Below, in pieces: positions 10,622 to 21,457 of a DNA stretch of 41,782 bases (position 1 is the stretch's first letter; every line of letters starts with the position of its first letter). Below the pieces are notes generated by a model. That model made no database searches. It worked only from the letters and a program-made list of their open reading frames with translations, and was not told the DNA's origin. Both the position numbers and the translations under genes were made by a program. This DNA comes from Polynucleobacter meluiroseus (GTDB taxonomy: Bacteria > Pseudomonadota > Gammaproteobacteria > Burkholderiales > Burkholderiaceae): assembly GCA_945867755.1 (NCBI GenBank), contig CAMBJN010000001.1, positions 1-41,782 on the forward strand, in the 5' to 3' direction.

Positions 10622-11277
10622 TATCTAGCATTGGCCAAAGAATTATTTCTTTGTTGTAAAAACTGAATCAAGCCATCAATGCCACCCTTGCTGACTTGAT
10701 CATTGAATTGATTACGATAAGACTCAATTAACCAAGCGCCCAAGATGTTGATGTCATACACGCGCCAAGTATTACCTGTTTTTTCAAGGCGGTAGTCAAG
10801 TTGAATGGGCTCACCCTTACCAACGACCGCTGTTCTAACAATCACATCTGTGTCATCTGCTGAGGCTCTTAATGGCTTGTATTGAATCTTTTGATCTTTA
10901 ACTTGTGCCAATGCGCCACCATAGATACGTATCAGCAATGTTTTAAATTCTTGAGTGATCAAGGCCTGTTGCGCAGGCGTTGCTTTCGGCCAATTGCGGC
11001 CCATGGCCAGACGAGTGGTTTTTTGAAAATCACTGTATGGCAATATTTTTTGATCTACCAATGCATTTATTTTTCTAAAATCGCCACTTTGTATGGCTTT
11101 ATCAGATTTGATGATGCTCATCACATCTTCAACCACATACTTAACCAAACCGTCTGGGGTATTTATGTTGGCGTTGGCGCCTACATTTTCTTGTTGCGCT
11201 TGAGCAAAAGAAGCAGTGGCAGTTATTAAAGTCAATGCCATTACTGCAAATGTTTTATTCAGAATAGGGTGCATCAT
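10621..11277 (-). CDS. mlaC: Periplasmic phospholipid-binding protein MlaC/Ttg2D
   Basis: Signal peptide, LAMGRNW, LDYRL, WRVYDINI.G...YRNQF. Confidence 0.93.
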   Translation of the reverse strand: MMHPILNKTFAVMALTLITATASFAQAQQENVGANANINTPDGLVKYVVEDVMSIIKSDKAIQSGDFRKINALVDQKILPYSDFQKTTRLAMGRNWPKATPAQQALITQEFKTLLIRIYGGALAQVKDQKIQYKPLRASADDTDVIVRTAVVGKGEPIQLDYRLEKTGNTWRVYDINILGAWLIESYRNQFNDQVSKGGIDGLIQFLQQRNNSLANAR

Positions 11278-11353
11278 TTGCCAAAGTGCCTTATTTAACA
11301 GGTATGAATCAGATAACTGAATTGTATAGATAATGCGGAGGAATTTCAGAAGC

Positions 11354-12088
11354 TCAATCTTCCTCTTTCAGGGGAGGGGGATTGCCATCATGAATTTGAT
11401 TGCGACGACGCTGAATGTAACCATCTCGCACAAAACTGTACTTATCAAATGCGGCGTCTTCTAACAACTGCCCCGCATCCAACAAATTGGCTCGGCGGTT
11501 GATCGTCTTGAGTAAGTTCACAGCGATTTTTTCATCACTATTGAGCTTATTGGTATTCATCATGAAATCAGTTTCGATATCTACGACTAAACCAACCGTA
11601 TCTCTCACATTGCTTGCTCCAAAGAATGGCAATACTACGTAAGGACCGTCAGGCAGACCCCAAACACCAAGGGTCTGTCCAAAGTCTTCTCTATTCTTAT
11701 CCAAACCCATATCAGTTGCGACATCAAATAAACCCAAAATACCAATGGTTGAGTTAATTAAAAATCGCCCAATGTCATTGGCAGCCTCCACAGGCTTAGC
11801 TTGCAATAAATTATTTGCTGCGATCAACACATCATTGATGTTACCAAAGAAATTCGTCACACCTGTGCGCGCAAATTCAGGTAAAACAAATTTATAGGCT
11901 TCTGCAATAGGCTTGATCAAATAATCATCAGCCACTTCATTGAATGAAAAAACAGCTCGATTCATCGGCTCAAAAGGATCAATCTTAGCCACACGCTCAT
12001 TTTGCTGAGTGGTAGCACAGCCAGTCATCACGATCACCCCGAACATCAAGAGTTTTTTTATGATTGTTTTATTGATTAAGTTCAACAT
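11354..12088 (-). CDS. mlaA: Outer-membrane lipoprotein MlaA/VacJ
   Basis: Lipobox MTGC, DPFEPMNR, EDFGQTLGVWG, GPYVVLPFFG. Confidence 0.95.
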   Translation of the reverse strand: MLNLINKTIIKKLLMFGVIVMTGCATTQQNERVAKIDPFEPMNRAVFSFNEVADDYLIKPIAEAYKFVLPEFARTGVTNFFGNINDVLIAANNLLQAKPVEAANDIGRFLINSTIGILGLFDVATDMGLDKNREDFGQTLGVWGLPDGPYVVLPFFGASNVRDTVGLVVDIETDFMMNTNKLNSDEKIAVNLLKTINRRANLLDAGQLLEDAAFDKYSFVRDGYIQRRRNQIHDGNPPPLKEED

Positions 12089-12127
12089 ATTGAATCGTTA
12101 GTCTGCTTTGTTTTATTAAAGTGCGCT

Positions 12128-12604
12128 TTATTTTTTATCTGCTGGCGCCCCATCAGAGGCTTTGTTATATAAAAACTGACTAATCAAGTTTTCCAAAACG
12201 ATGGCTGATTGTGTTTGGGCCAACTTACTGCCACCCGCGATCATGGCTTCGTCACCACCGGCCTCTAAACCAATGTATTGCTCACCCAACAAACCAGAAG
12301 TCAAAATCTTGGCAGAACTGTCTTTAGGGAATTTGTAACGCTCTTCTAAATTCATAAAAACAGTGGCTTGATAACTTTGGTCATCAAAACGAATTTCCGA
12401 AACACGGCCAACCACGACGCCCGCACTCTTCACAGGAGCTCGCGGCTTCAATCCCCCGACATTATCGAATTTGGCGCTTACCTGATATGTTGGCTCAAAA
12501 GTAAAAGCACTCATATTTCCTGCTTTCAAAGCCAAAAATAGCAAAGCCAAGAGGCCAAGCGCCACAAATAAACCGACCCAGATATCTAATGATTGTTTTT
12601 TCAT
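12128..12604 (-). CDS. mlaD: MCE-domain protein MlaD
   Basis: N-terminal TM, FDNVGGLK..APVK.AGVVVGRV, TSGLLGEQYI. Confidence 0.96.
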   Translation of the reverse strand: MKKQSLDIWVGLFVALGLLALLFLALKAGNMSAFTFEPTYQVSAKFDNVGGLKPRAPVKSAGVVVGRVSEIRFDDQSYQATVFMNLEERYKFPKDSSAKILTSGLLGEQYIGLEAGGDEAMIAGGSKLAQTQSAIVLENLISQFLYNKASDGAPADKK

Positions 12605-12631
12605 ATTATTTACAGATTTTATAAGACTTTA

Positions 12632-13420
12632 TCAGCTTGAGAACATCACTGCAGTTAAAAGGAAATCCAGTGCTAATACCGCTAAGGAAGCAATCACCAC
12701 CGTGCGGGTGGTTGCCCTTGCAACACCCTCTGGGGTTGGTTTGGCTTCATGGCCCTGATACAAAGCAATAAAAGTGACGGCGACACCAAATACCATACTC
12801 TTAATCACGCCATTACCGATATCGTTCACCACATCGACACCTGCTTGCATTTGTGCCCAAAACGCGCCGTCATCCACACCAATCAATGGTACACCCACCA
12901 AATAACCGCCCATGATGCCCACTGCACTAAAAATAGCAGCCAAAATTGGCATGGCGATAATGCCAGCCCAAAGTCTTGGGGCAATGACTCTTGTCAAAGG
13001 GTCAACGGCCATCATTTCCATGGCGCTTAATTGCTCACCGGCTTTCATGAGGCCAATTTCAGCGGTCAAAGATGTTCCGGCTCGACCCGCAAATAAAAGT
13101 GCCGTGACCACCGGGCCTAATTCACGAACCAATGACAAGGCTACCAATAAACCAAGCGCTTGCTCAGAGCCGTAACGATTCAAGGTGTAATAGCCTTGCA
13201 AACCCAAAACAAAACCAACAAATAAGCCCGAGACGGCAATGATCACAAAAGAGTAATTACCAAGAAAGTGAACTTGATCAGTGATCAAACGTGGGCGCTT
13301 GAGCAAAAATGCTGAGCGTCGCATGATGATGACAAACATTCTTGCGGCATAACCCAACCCCACAAGATGCTCTCGCACAAAAGCTCCCAAATTACCCAAT
13401 ACATTTAAAACGCTGCTCAT
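12632..13420 (-). CDS. mlaE: Lipid asymmetry ABC permease MlaE
   Basis: RELGPV, AEIGLMKAGEQL.AMEMMAVDP, ATTRTVV. Confidence 0.96.
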   Translation of the reverse strand: MSSVLNVLGNLGAFVREHLVGLGYAARMFVIIMRRSAFLLKRPRLITDQVHFLGNYSFVIIAVSGLFVGFVLGLQGYYTLNRYGSEQALGLLVALSLVRELGPVVTALLFAGRAGTSLTAEIGLMKAGEQLSAMEMMAVDPLTRVIAPRLWAGIIAMPILAAIFSAVGIMGGYLVGVPLIGVDDGAFWAQMQAGVDVVNDIGNGVIKSMVFGVAVTFIALYQGHEAKPTPEGVARATTRTVVIASLAVLALDFLLTAVMFSS

Positions 13421-14232
13421 GCATTAGCCCCAAAATCTTCAGCCAATGTTTTGCCTGGGTAATGGAATGGCACCGGACCATCAGGATCAGCAGAAACAAA
13501 TTGCTTCACAAAGGGATCTGTAGAAAGCCTCAAATCGTGAGGGGTACCTTGGGCAGCAATGGTTCCGTTCGCAATGAAATAAACATAATCTGCAATTTCA
13601 AAAGTTTCTGGAATATCGTGCGTGACCAAAATACTGGTAGCGCCCAAAGCTTGATTCATATTTTTAATCAAGCGGGCAGTGATACCCAAAGAAATCGGAT
13701 CCAAGCCAGCAAATGGCTCGTCATACATGATCAAAGGAGGATCGAGTGCAATGGCCCTGGCAAGAGCCACGCGTCTGGCCATGCCACCTGAGATTTGCGC
13801 CGGCATTAAATCACGCGCGCCACGTAAACCAACCGCATTAAGCTTCATCAACACCAAATCGCGCAGAGTTGATTCACTGACTTTGGTATGTTCGCGCAGT
13901 GGGAAAGCCACATTTTCAAACACGCTCATGTCAGTGAATAAAGCACCGAACTGGAATAGCATGCCCATGCGACGGCGTGCGGCCATCAATTGTTCGGTGT
14001 TCATCACACCAACATTCTGACCCTCAAACATCACCTCACCTTGCTGTGCAGTGACCTGCCCACCAATCAAACGCAAGACCGTGGTTTTGCCGCAACCCGA
14101 ACCGCCCATCACGGCGATGACTTTGCCGCGCGGAAACTCCATGTTGAGACCAGAAAGAATATTTCTTTCCCCAGGCGCATACGAGAAGTCGACGCCCTTT
14201 AGTGAAACGATTGATTCAGTAGGATTTGTCAT
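13417..14232 (-). CDS. mlaF: Lipid asymmetry ABC ATPase MlaF
   Basis: GGSGCGKTT, LFQFGALF, ISGGMARRVALARA, YDEPFAGLDP. Confidence 0.95.
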   Translation of the reverse strand: MTNPTESIVSLKGVDFSYAPGERNILSGLNMEFPRGKVIAVMGGSGCGKTTVLRLIGGQVTAQQGEVMFEGQNVGVMNTEQLMAARRRMGMLFQFGALFTDMSVFENVAFPLREHTKVSESTLRDLVLMKLNAVGLRGARDLMPAQISGGMARRVALARAIALDPPLIMYDEPFAGLDPISLGITARLIKNMNQALGATSILVTHDIPETFEIADYVYFIANGTIAAQGTPHDLRLSTDPFVKQFVSADPDGPVPFHYPGKTLAEDFGANA

Positions 14233-14238
14233 TTACAG

Positions 14239-14276
14239 ACTGCCACCATGTTTTTTATTGTAACCATGATGGCAGT
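14239..14276 (-). promoter_or_regulatory. 12-bp inverted repeat between gltD and mlaF with TACAAT in the loop
   Basis: Minus strand ACTGCCATCATG-gtTACAATaaaaaa-CATGGTGGCAGT, ending 6 nt before the mlaF ATG. Confidence 0.55.
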
Positions 14277-14304
14277 GTATCAATAGCTGATCAAATTTAA
14301 TCAA

Positions 14305-15768
14305 TTAACGCGGCAAAACGCTGCTACCCATCAAAAACTCGTCAACGGCTCGAGCACATTGACGACCTTCACGAATGGCCCACACCACCAAAGATTGACC
14401 ACGACGCATATCTCCTGCAGCAAAAATCTTAGGCACATTGGTGTAATAAGCTTTTTCACCTTCGGTGCTGGCTTTGGCATTACCGCGAAGATCTTTTTCA
14501 ACGCCAAAAGCATCCAATACTTGCTGGGCTGGCGACACAAAGCCCATAGCCAAAAACACCAAATCTGCTTTCATTTCAAATTCGCTGCCGGCAATTTCTT
14601 GCATCTTGCCGTCTTTCCACTCAAGACGCACACCAATCAGTTTTTCAACCTTGCCGTTTTTACCTTCAAAGCGCTTGGTAGCTACTGACCAATCACGATC
14701 ACAACCTTCATCGTGCGATGACGATGTGCGCAACGTGGTTGGCCAATAAGGCCAAACCAATGGCTTGTTTTCTTGCTCAGGTGGCTGCGGCAATAATTCA
14801 AATTGAGAAATCGATGCTGCACCATGACGATTGGATGTGCCCACACAATCTGAACCAGTGTCACCACCACCAATCACGATCACATACTTACCGTCTGCAC
14901 GGATTTCATTTTTCTTATCACCAGCAACTTCTTTATTCTGCGGAATCAAGAATTCTAATGCGTAGTGAATACCTGAAAGCTCACGACCAGGCACGGGCAG
15001 ATCACGCGGCTGCTCTGCACCGCCTGTGATCACCACAGCATCAAAATCTTTTTGTAATTGATCTGGAGAAACCACTTTCTTTGAATAATTCTTAACTTCT
15101 TTACCCAAAGTGTCTTTACCAACAAAAGTACCAGTTTCAAATTTCACGCCTTCGGCTTTCATCTGCTCGACACGACGATCAATCAAAATCTTTTCCATCT
15201 TGAAGTCAGGGATGCCATAGCGCAACAAACCACCGACACGATCGTTCTTTTCGTACAACGTGACGTCGTGACCTACACGCGCTAATTGCTGTGCAGCTGC
15301 CATACCCGCAGGACCCGATCCAACGATGGCTATTTTTTTGCCAGTTTTTTGTTTGGCGATGAGTGGCTTAACCCAATCATTGGCCCATGCCTTATCAATG
15401 ATGGCGTGCTCAATCGATTTGATGCCCACGGGGGCTTCATTAATGCCGAGCGTACAAGCAGATTCGCAAGGTGCTGGGCAGATGCGGCCGGTGAACTCAG
15501 GGAAGTTATTGGTTGAATGCAAGACATCAATCGCACTCTTCCAATCTTGCTGATAGACCAAGTCATTAAAATCAGGAATGATGTTGTTGACTGGGCAGCC
15601 GCTATTGCAAAACGGAATACCGCAATCCATACAACGTGCTCCTTGAGTTTTCGCCTCACCATCCGACAAAGTCATCACAAACTCTTTGTAATGCTTCACA
15701 CGTTTTTGTGGCTCCTCATAATGCTCGCTGAGACGCTCAAATTCCATAAATCCAGTGACCTTACCCAT
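14305..15768 (-). CDS. gltD: Glutamate synthase small subunit
   Basis: [37 protein letters not shown]; start set at MGKVTGF (15768) with SD AAAGGA. Confidence 0.97.
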   Translation of the reverse strand: MGKVTGFMEFERLSEHYEEPQKRVKHYKEFVMTLSDGEAKTQGARCMDCGIPFCNSGCPVNNIIPDFNDLVYQQDWKSAIDVLHSTNNFPEFTGRICPAPCESACTLGINEAPVGIKSIEHAIIDKAWANDWVKPLIAKQKTGKKIAIVGSGPAGMAAAQQLARVGHDVTLYEKNDRVGGLLRYGIPDFKMEKILIDRRVEQMKAEGVKFETGTFVGKDTLGKEVKNYSKKVVSPDQLQKDFDAVVITGGAEQPRDLPVPGRELSGIHYALEFLIPQNKEVAGDKKNEIRADGKYVIVIGGGDTGSDCVGTSNRHGAASISQFELLPQPPEQENKPLVWPYWPTTLRTSSSHDEGCDRDWSVATKRFEGKNGKVEKLIGVRLEWKDGKMQEIAGSEFEMKADLVFLAMGFVSPAQQVLDAFGVEKDLRGNAKASTEGEKAYYTNVPKIFAAGDMRRGQSLVVWAIREGRQCARAVDEFLMGSSVLPR

Positions 15769-15797
15769 CTTTATTCCTTTATCTCTTGATTCATCAC

Positions 15798-18700
15798 TTA
15801 AACAGAAGCTGTTTGTTTGTTGCCTTGAGATTTCTCCCAAAGTTCACCCAAAGCCCGCTTGTATTCAGTCGGGAACACTTTGACAAAACGTGCACGAGAC
15901 TTTTCCCAGTCAGCCAAAATTGCTTTTGCACGCTCTGAGCCTGTGTGTTTGAAATGACGTTCAATCAAATTCTTCAAAATGACTTCATCCGTTAAACGCT
16001 CGCCACCTTCTTTAACATTTACTGGAGCGTGCCATTCTGGCTTAGGCATCTTGGCCCCTTGCTCTGCTGAACTAAGAACTGGCTCCAGCGTTGCCATGCT
16101 GGTATTGCAGCGTTTAGCAAATAAACCATCTTCATCGTAAACATAAGCAATACCGCCGCTCATACCCGCAGCAAAGTTACGCCCAGTTAAACCAAGAGCC
16201 ACAACAGTGCCGCCGGTCATGTATTCACAACCGTGATCTCCTGTGCCTTCAACCACTGCAATGGCACCTGAGTTACGAACTGCAAAACGCTCACCAGCCA
16301 CACCGTTGAAGAACGCTTCACCAGCAATTGCTCCATAAAGCACTGTGTTACCCACGATGATATTTTGCGATGTGTCGCCACGGAATTCATGCGGCGCACG
16401 AACAATCACTCGACCACCTGATAAACCTTTGCCCACGTAGTCATTACCGTCACCCACCAAGTCCATGGTCACGCCATGGGCCAAGAAGGCTGCGAAACTC
16501 TGACCAGCAGTACCGTTCAATTGAATGTGAATCGTGTCATCAGGCAAACCCTCATGGCCATAACGTGTTGCCACTTCGCCAGACAGCATTGCGCCAGCTG
16601 TGCGGTTCACGTTCCGAATTGGTTGAATGAATGAAACTCGCTCGCCTTTTTCTAAAGCAGCTTTTGATTTTTCAATCAAGGCATGATCCATGGCTGTTGT
16701 TAAACCATGGTCTTGAGTTTCAACTTGGAACTTAGGCACGCTTGCTGGAACATTGGGCGCTTGGAAAATCTTTGAAAAATCCAAACCGCGGGCTTTCCAG
16801 TGCTCAATACTCTTCTTGGTATCCAAAAGTTCTGTGTGACCAATTAAATCGTCAAATTTACGGATACCTAGCTGCGCCATGATTTCACGAGCCTCTTCAG
16901 CAATGAAGAAGAAGAAATTCACAACGTGTTCTGGCTTGCCAGAAAACTTCTTACGCAATTCAGGATCTTGTGTTGCCACACCAACTGGACAAGTATTCAA
17001 ATGACACTTGCGCATCATGATGCAACCTTCAACCACCAATGGCGCAGTGGCAAAACCAAATTCATCAGCACCCAATAGGGCGCCAATCACCACGTCACGA
17101 CCCGTCTTCATTTGTCCGTCCGCTTGCACACGAATACGGCCGCGCAAACCATTCAATACCAAGGTTTGCTGTGTTTCAGCAAGACCCAATTCCCATGGGC
17201 TGCCAGCATGCTTGATGGATGACAATGGTGATGCGCCTGTACCGCCATCATGGCCAGCGATCACAACGTGATCGGCTTTTGCCTTAGCAACACCAGCAGC
17301 AACCGTACCAACACCCACCTCAGAAACTAACTTCACTGAAATGTCAGCTTTACTATTGACGTTTTTCAAATCATGAATCAATTGAGCCAAATCTTCAATT
17401 GAGTAAATATCATGGTGCGGAGGGGGAGAAATCAAACCAACGCCCGGCACTGAATAACGTAATTTACCGATGTAATCTGATACTTTGCTACCGGGAAGCT
17501 GACCGCCTTCACCAGGCTTAGCACCTTGAGCCATCTTGATCTGAATTTGATCAGCAGAAGTTAAATACTCAGCTGTCACCCCAAAACGTCCTGAGGCAAC
17601 TTGCTTGATCTTAGAGCGCAATGAGTCGCCGTCGCTCAATGGAATATTCGCTTCAACCACGTCATCACCAAGAACACTGGCTAAAGTTTCACCATTCTTG
17701 ATGGCAATACCTTTGAGTTCATTGCGATACCGTTTGTTGTCTTCGCCACCTTCACCAGTATTTGATTTACCGCCAATGCGGTTCATCGCGATGGCCAAGG
17801 TTGCATGAGCCTCTGTAGAAATAGAGCCCAATGACATCGCGCCCGTTGCAAAGCGTTTCACGATTTCTTTTGCTGACTCAACTTCGTCCAAAGGAATCGC
17901 TTTATTAGGGTCAATCTTGAATTCAAACAAACCGCGCAAAGTCATATGACGCTTGGTTTGATCATTGATGATATTGGCATACTCTTTATAAGTTTGATAG
18001 CCGCCCTTGTCCGGGCCCTGGCGAGTTGAGTGTTGCAACTTAGCAATAGAGTCTGGGGTCCACATATGGTCTTCACCACGGATACGGAAAGCGTACTCAC
18101 CACCAGCATCCAACATATTAGTCAGTGTTGGATCGTTACCAAATGCCAAGCTATGCATTTTCAATGCTTCTTCAGCAACTTCAAAAATACCAATACCGCC
18201 CACATTGGATGCAGTACCTTTGAAGTATTTATTGATCAACTCTTTATTCAAACCAATGGCTTCAAAAATTTGTGCACCGGTATAAGACATATAGGTTGAG
18301 ATGCCCATCTTCGACATAACTTTTTGCAAGCCCTTGCCGACCGCTTTTGTGAAGTTCTTAACAACTTTCTCGGCCGACAAATCACCCTTCAAACCTTTGG
18401 CCATATCGACCAAAGTTTCCATCGCTAAGTACGGGTGAACTGCTTCAGCTCCGTAACCAGCTAATAATGCAAAGTGGTGAGTCTCGCGCGCACTTCCTGT
18501 TTCAACCACTAAACCAGTGCTTGTGCGCAAACCTTTATCAACCAAATGTTGATGAATGGCTGATGTTGCCAACAACGCAGGAATTGCCACGTGATCAGCG
18601 GCCACTTGACGATCACTGATGATCAAAATGTTGTAACCAGAGTGAACCGCATCCACTGCTTCAGCACAAAGTGATGCAAGGCGTGCCTCCACACCATCTT

Positions 18701-20546
18701 TACCCCATGCTGATGGATAACAAATATCCAATTCATAGGAGCGGAACTTACCGCCTGTGTAGTGCTCAATATGACGGACTTTTGCGATGTCATCAAAATC
18801 TAAAATAGGTTGCGACACCTCTAAACGCATCGGTGGATTGATGTTGTTCGTATCTAACAAGTTAGGCTTAGGCCCCACGAACGAAACCAAAGACATCACC
18901 ATGTTTTCACGAATAGGATCGATTGGTGGATTGGTTACCTGAGCAAACAGCTGCTTGAAGTAGTTGTACAAAGGCTTGTTCTTATTTGATAGAACTGCTA
19001 ATGGGCTGTCATTACCCATTGAACCAATTGCCTCTTCACCTGATGAAGCCATCGGCGCCATTAAGAACTTCAAATCCTCTTGGGTGTAACCAAAGGCTTG
19101 TTGGCGATCCAACAAACTAGCCGCCGGACGAATTTTTTCTGCATCATCTTTTAGATCTGCAGCGCTTGCGTTAATTTCATCCAATTTAATACGAACTGCT
19201 TCAATCCAGCTCTTGTATGGTTTTGCTTTTGCCAAGGCATCTTTTAACTCTACGTCATCGATGATGCGGCCTTGCTCCATGTCGATCAAGAACATCTTGC
19301 CTGGTTGCAAACGCCATTTTTTAATAATTTTGTTTTCTGGGAAAGTTAAAACACCTGCCTCTGAGGCCATGATGACCAAGTCATCATCTGTCACGTAATA
19401 ACGTGCTGGACGCAAACCATTGCGATCTAATGTTGCACCAATTTGACGGCCATCAGTAAAAGCAATCGCTGCAGGACCATCCCACGGCTCCATCATCGCT
19501 GCATGGTATTCATAGAAGGCGCGACGGTTGTCATCCATCAATGTGTGTTGCTCCCACGCCTCAGGAATCATCATCATCATGGCGTGCGCCATTGGGTATC
19601 CAGCCATTACCAATAACTCTAAACAGTTATCAAAACTGGCTGTGTCTGATTGACCTGGATAAATCAACGGCCATAATTTTTGTAAGTCATCGCCAAGCAC
19701 TGGTGAGCTGATGGCTCCTGTTCGTGCGTTGATCCAGTTAACGTTACCCTTAACAGTATTAATTTCTCCGTTGTGAGCAATCATTCGGTATGGGTGAGCT
19801 AATTCCCATGCTGGGAATGTATTAGTTGAAAAACGCTGATGCACCAAGGCCAAGGCTGATACAACTCTTGAATCTTTTAAATCTTCGTAATACGCACCCA
19901 CTTGGTTTGCCAAAAGAAGACCTTTGTAGACCACTGTTCTGGCTGACATTGAAGTCACAAAATATTCTTTGCCATGCTGAAGTTGTAATGCTTGAATTGC
20001 GTGGCTGCCTGTTTTTCTGATGACATACAACTTGCGCTCAAGCGCATCGGTTGTCATGATTTCTCGACCGCGACCAATAAAAATCTGACGGATTACTGGT
20101 TCTGTTTTTTTAACAGTTGGTGACATTGGCATGCTTACATCAACTGGCACATCTCTCCAGCCAAGCACCACTTGACCCTCGATGCGAACCGTTCTTTCTA
20201 ATTCTTGCTCACAGGCTAAACGTGATGCACTTTCCTTAGGCAGGAAAACCATGCCAACACCATACTCGCCTGCTGGCGGCAAATTGACGCCTTGCTTGGC
20301 CATTTCCTCACGATAGAACTGTTCCGGTATTTGAATCAAAATACCTGCACCGTCACCCATCAATGGATCTGCACCCACCGCACCTCGATGATCAATGTTC
20401 TCAAGAATCTTTAAACCTTGAGAAACGATGTCATGGCTTTTATGGCCTTTGATGTGAGCAACGAAACCAACGCCACAAGCGTCGTGTTCATTGACGGGGT
20501 CATAAAGACCTTGCGCTTCAGGGCGCAATGAAGGAGTAGTAGTCAC
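15798..20546 (-). CDS. gltB: Glutamate synthase large subunit
   Basis: EHDACGVG N-terminal nucleophile, [32 protein letters not shown]; GTG start at 20546 with SD AAGGA. Confidence 0.98.
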   Translation of the reverse strand: MTTTPSLRPEAQGLYDPVNEHDACGVGFVAHIKGHKSHDIVSQGLKILENIDHRGAVGADPLMGDGAGILIQIPEQFYREEMAKQGVNLPPAGEYGVGMVFLPKESASRLACEQELERTVRIEGQVVLGWRDVPVDVSMPMSPTVKKTEPVIRQIFIGRGREIMTTDALERKLYVIRKTGSHAIQALQLQHGKEYFVTSMSARTVVYKGLLLANQVGAYYEDLKDSRVVSALALVHQRFSTNTFPAWELAHPYRMIAHNGEINTVKGNVNWINARTGAISSPVLGDDLQKLWPLIYPGQSDTASFDNCLELLVMAGYPMAHAMMMMIPEAWEQHTLMDDNRRAFYEYHAAMMEPWDGPAAIAFTDGRQIGATLDRNGLRPARYYVTDDDLVIMASEAGVLTFPENKIIKKWRLQPGKMFLIDMEQGRIIDDVELKDALAKAKPYKSWIEAVRIKLDEINASAADLKDDAEKIRPAASLLDRQQAFGYTQEDLKFLMAPMASSGEEAIGSMGNDSPLAVLSNKNKPLYNYFKQLFAQVTNPPIDPIRENMVMSLVSFVGPKPNLLDTNNINPPMRLEVSQPILDFDDIAKVRHIEHYTGGKFRSYELDICYPSAWGKDGVEARLASLCAEAVDAVHSGYNILIISDRQVAADHVAIPALLATSAIHQHLVDKGLRTSTGLVVETGSARETHHFALLAGYGAEAVHPYLAMETLVDMAKGLKGDLSAEKVVKNFTKAVGKGLQKVMSKMGISTYMSYTGAQIFEAIGLNKELINKYFKGTASNVGGIGIFEVAEEALKMHSLAFGNDPTLTNMLDAGGEYAFRIRGEDHMWTPDSIAKLQHSTRQGPDKGGYQTYKEYANIINDQTKRHMTLRGLFEFKIDPNKAIPLDEVESAKEIVKRFATGAMSLGSISTEAHATLAIAMNRIGGKSNTGEGGEDNKRYRNELKGIAIKNGETLASVLGDDVVEANIPLSDGDSLRSKIKQVASGRFGVTAEYLTSADQIQIKMAQGAKPGEGGQLPGSKVSDYIGKLRYSVPGVGLISPPPHHDIYSIEDLAQLIHDLKNVNSKADISVKLVSEVGVGTVAAGVAKAKADHVVIAGHDGGTGASPLSSIKHAGSPWELGLAETQQTLVLNGLRGRIRVQADGQMKTGRDVVIGALLGADEFGFATAPLVVEGCIMMRKCHLNTCPVGVATQDPELRKKFSGKPEHVVNFFFFIAEEAREIMAQLGIRKFDDLIGHTELLDTKKSIEHWKARGLDFSKIFQAPNVPASVPKFQVETQDHGLTTAMDHALIEKSKAALEKGERVSFIQPIRNVNRTAGAMLSGEVATRYGHEGLPDDTIHIQLNGTAGQSFAAFLAHGVTMDLVGDGNDYVGKGLSGGRVIVRAPHEFRGDTSQNIIVGNTVLYGAIAGEAFFNGVAGERFAVRNSGAIAVVEGTGDHGCEYMTGGTVVALGLTGRNFAAGMSGGIAYVYDEDGLFAKRCNTSMATLEPVLSSAEQGAKMPKPEWHAPVNVKEGGERLTDEVILKNLIERHFKHTGSERAKAILADWEKSRARFVKVFPTEYKRALGELWEKSQGNKQTASV

Positions 20547-20595
20547 AGATATTTCCTTGATAAATAACAATGGGTGTCTTTGTTAAAGACTTTGC

Positions 20596-20616
20596 CCCCG
20601 TTATTACGGGGTTTTT
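20596..20616. other. GC hairpin at the predicted 5' end of the gltB transcript (terminator-like on +)
   Basis: CCCCGT-TATT-ACGGGG followed by TTTTT on the + strand. Confidence 0.5.
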
Positions 20617-20620
20617 GACA

Positions 20621-20649
20621 ACTATAGGGGATTACCCGTGGGCAAGCAA
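20621..20649 (-). promoter_or_regulatory. Sigma70 promoter for gltBD
   Basis: TTGCTT (20649-20644), 17-nt spacer, TATAGT (20626-20621). Confidence 0.65.
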
Positions 20650-20652
20650 TAA

Positions 20653-20717
20653 AAATAATTGGTGTCTGTCACTAATTATTTATTGGTCTGCTCTCCAAAT
20701 GATTTAATTGGGGACAT
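20653..20717. repeat. Palindrome and motif cluster downstream of the Y1 transposase (REP-like or end-like)
   Basis: AAATAATTGGTG-TCTGT-CACTAATTATTT (11/12 stem), then ATTGGTCTGCTCTCCAAAT and AATTGGGGACAT. Confidence 0.55.
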
Positions 20718-20741
20718 ACTCATCTAAAATGAGGGAATTTA

Positions 20742-20758
20742 TGCACCAAATCATGGCA
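20742..20758. promoter_or_regulatory. Possible NtrC-like binding site
   Basis: TGCACCAAATCATGGCA versus consensus TGCACCA-N3-TGGTGCA; upstream of gltB. Confidence 0.4.
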
Positions 20759-20770
20759 AAGTACCTATAT

Positions 20771-21457
20771 TTAGGGCTTTTTTGGTCTGCCAGCGAGCCG
20801 GGGCTGTAAGGGCCTGGATGTTTTGAAAGCCAATTGTTTTAGAAACATATCACTTGCCAGTGGCCAGCCATAGCTTAAGTGTTTGCTTACTTTTTCAATG
20901 TCATTGCTACTTAATGGCTCTAAAGCTATCTTCTGCCAAGCCATTTGACGCTCAAATGGGGTATTGGCCATTGCCCAATAGGAAGGATGGTCCGCAATCC
21001 AAGGGACTGTTTCAGAACCAGCGTGATGTCGGTAACTAGACCAAGCCCATTCTTCAGGCTTTTGAACTAATCCAACTCTCACTGGATTTTGTTCGATGTA
21101 TTTTTGAACCAGCAAAAAGTAAGCCTCAGGGTCAATCAAGCAGGATTTAAACCTACCCTCCCAGACAGTACCACTTGAACCATGCGTTTGATTAAATAAT
21201 TGTGCATAGCGACGCCCAATGGATTGCATGACTTTAGAAGCACTCAAAATTGTTTTTGGGGTGGCCAAAATATGTACATGATTGGGCATTAACAAATAGG
21301 CATGAATGGCCAACTCATATTCTCGGGCCGCTTCTTTGAGCCACTCAAGATAAGATTTTTTTTCTTCTTCTGTAGTAAAAATATCTTGAGAGTTGTGTCC
21401 TCTGACCATCATGTGCAGGGGATAACCAGGAAGTACAACTCTTTGAAGTCTGGCCAT
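20771..21457 (-). CDS. HUH-family Y1 transposase (IS200-like / REP-associated tyrosine transposase type), probably domesticated
   Basis: PGYPLH...RGHN..IF, LMPNHVH (HUH), WEGRFKS, YIEQNPVR (catalytic Tyr), WSSY, C-terminal GRPKK. Confidence 0.9.
   Translation of the reverse strand: MARLQRVVLPGYPLHMMVRGHNSQDIFTTEEEKKSYLEWLKEAAREYELAIHAYLLMPNHVHILATPKTILSASKVMQSIGRRYAQLFNQTHGSSGTVWEGRFKSCLIDPEAYFLLVQKYIEQNPVRVGLVQKPEEWAWSSYRHHAGSETVPWIADHPSYWAMANTPFERQMAWQKIALEPLSSNDIEKVSKHLSYGWPLASDMFLKQLAFKTSRPLQPRLAGRPKKP

Noticed and set aside
19566-19581. (CAT)n run in gltB
   Set aside because: It encodes the conserved MMMMIPEAW segment of glutamate synthase and is not a contingency repeat.
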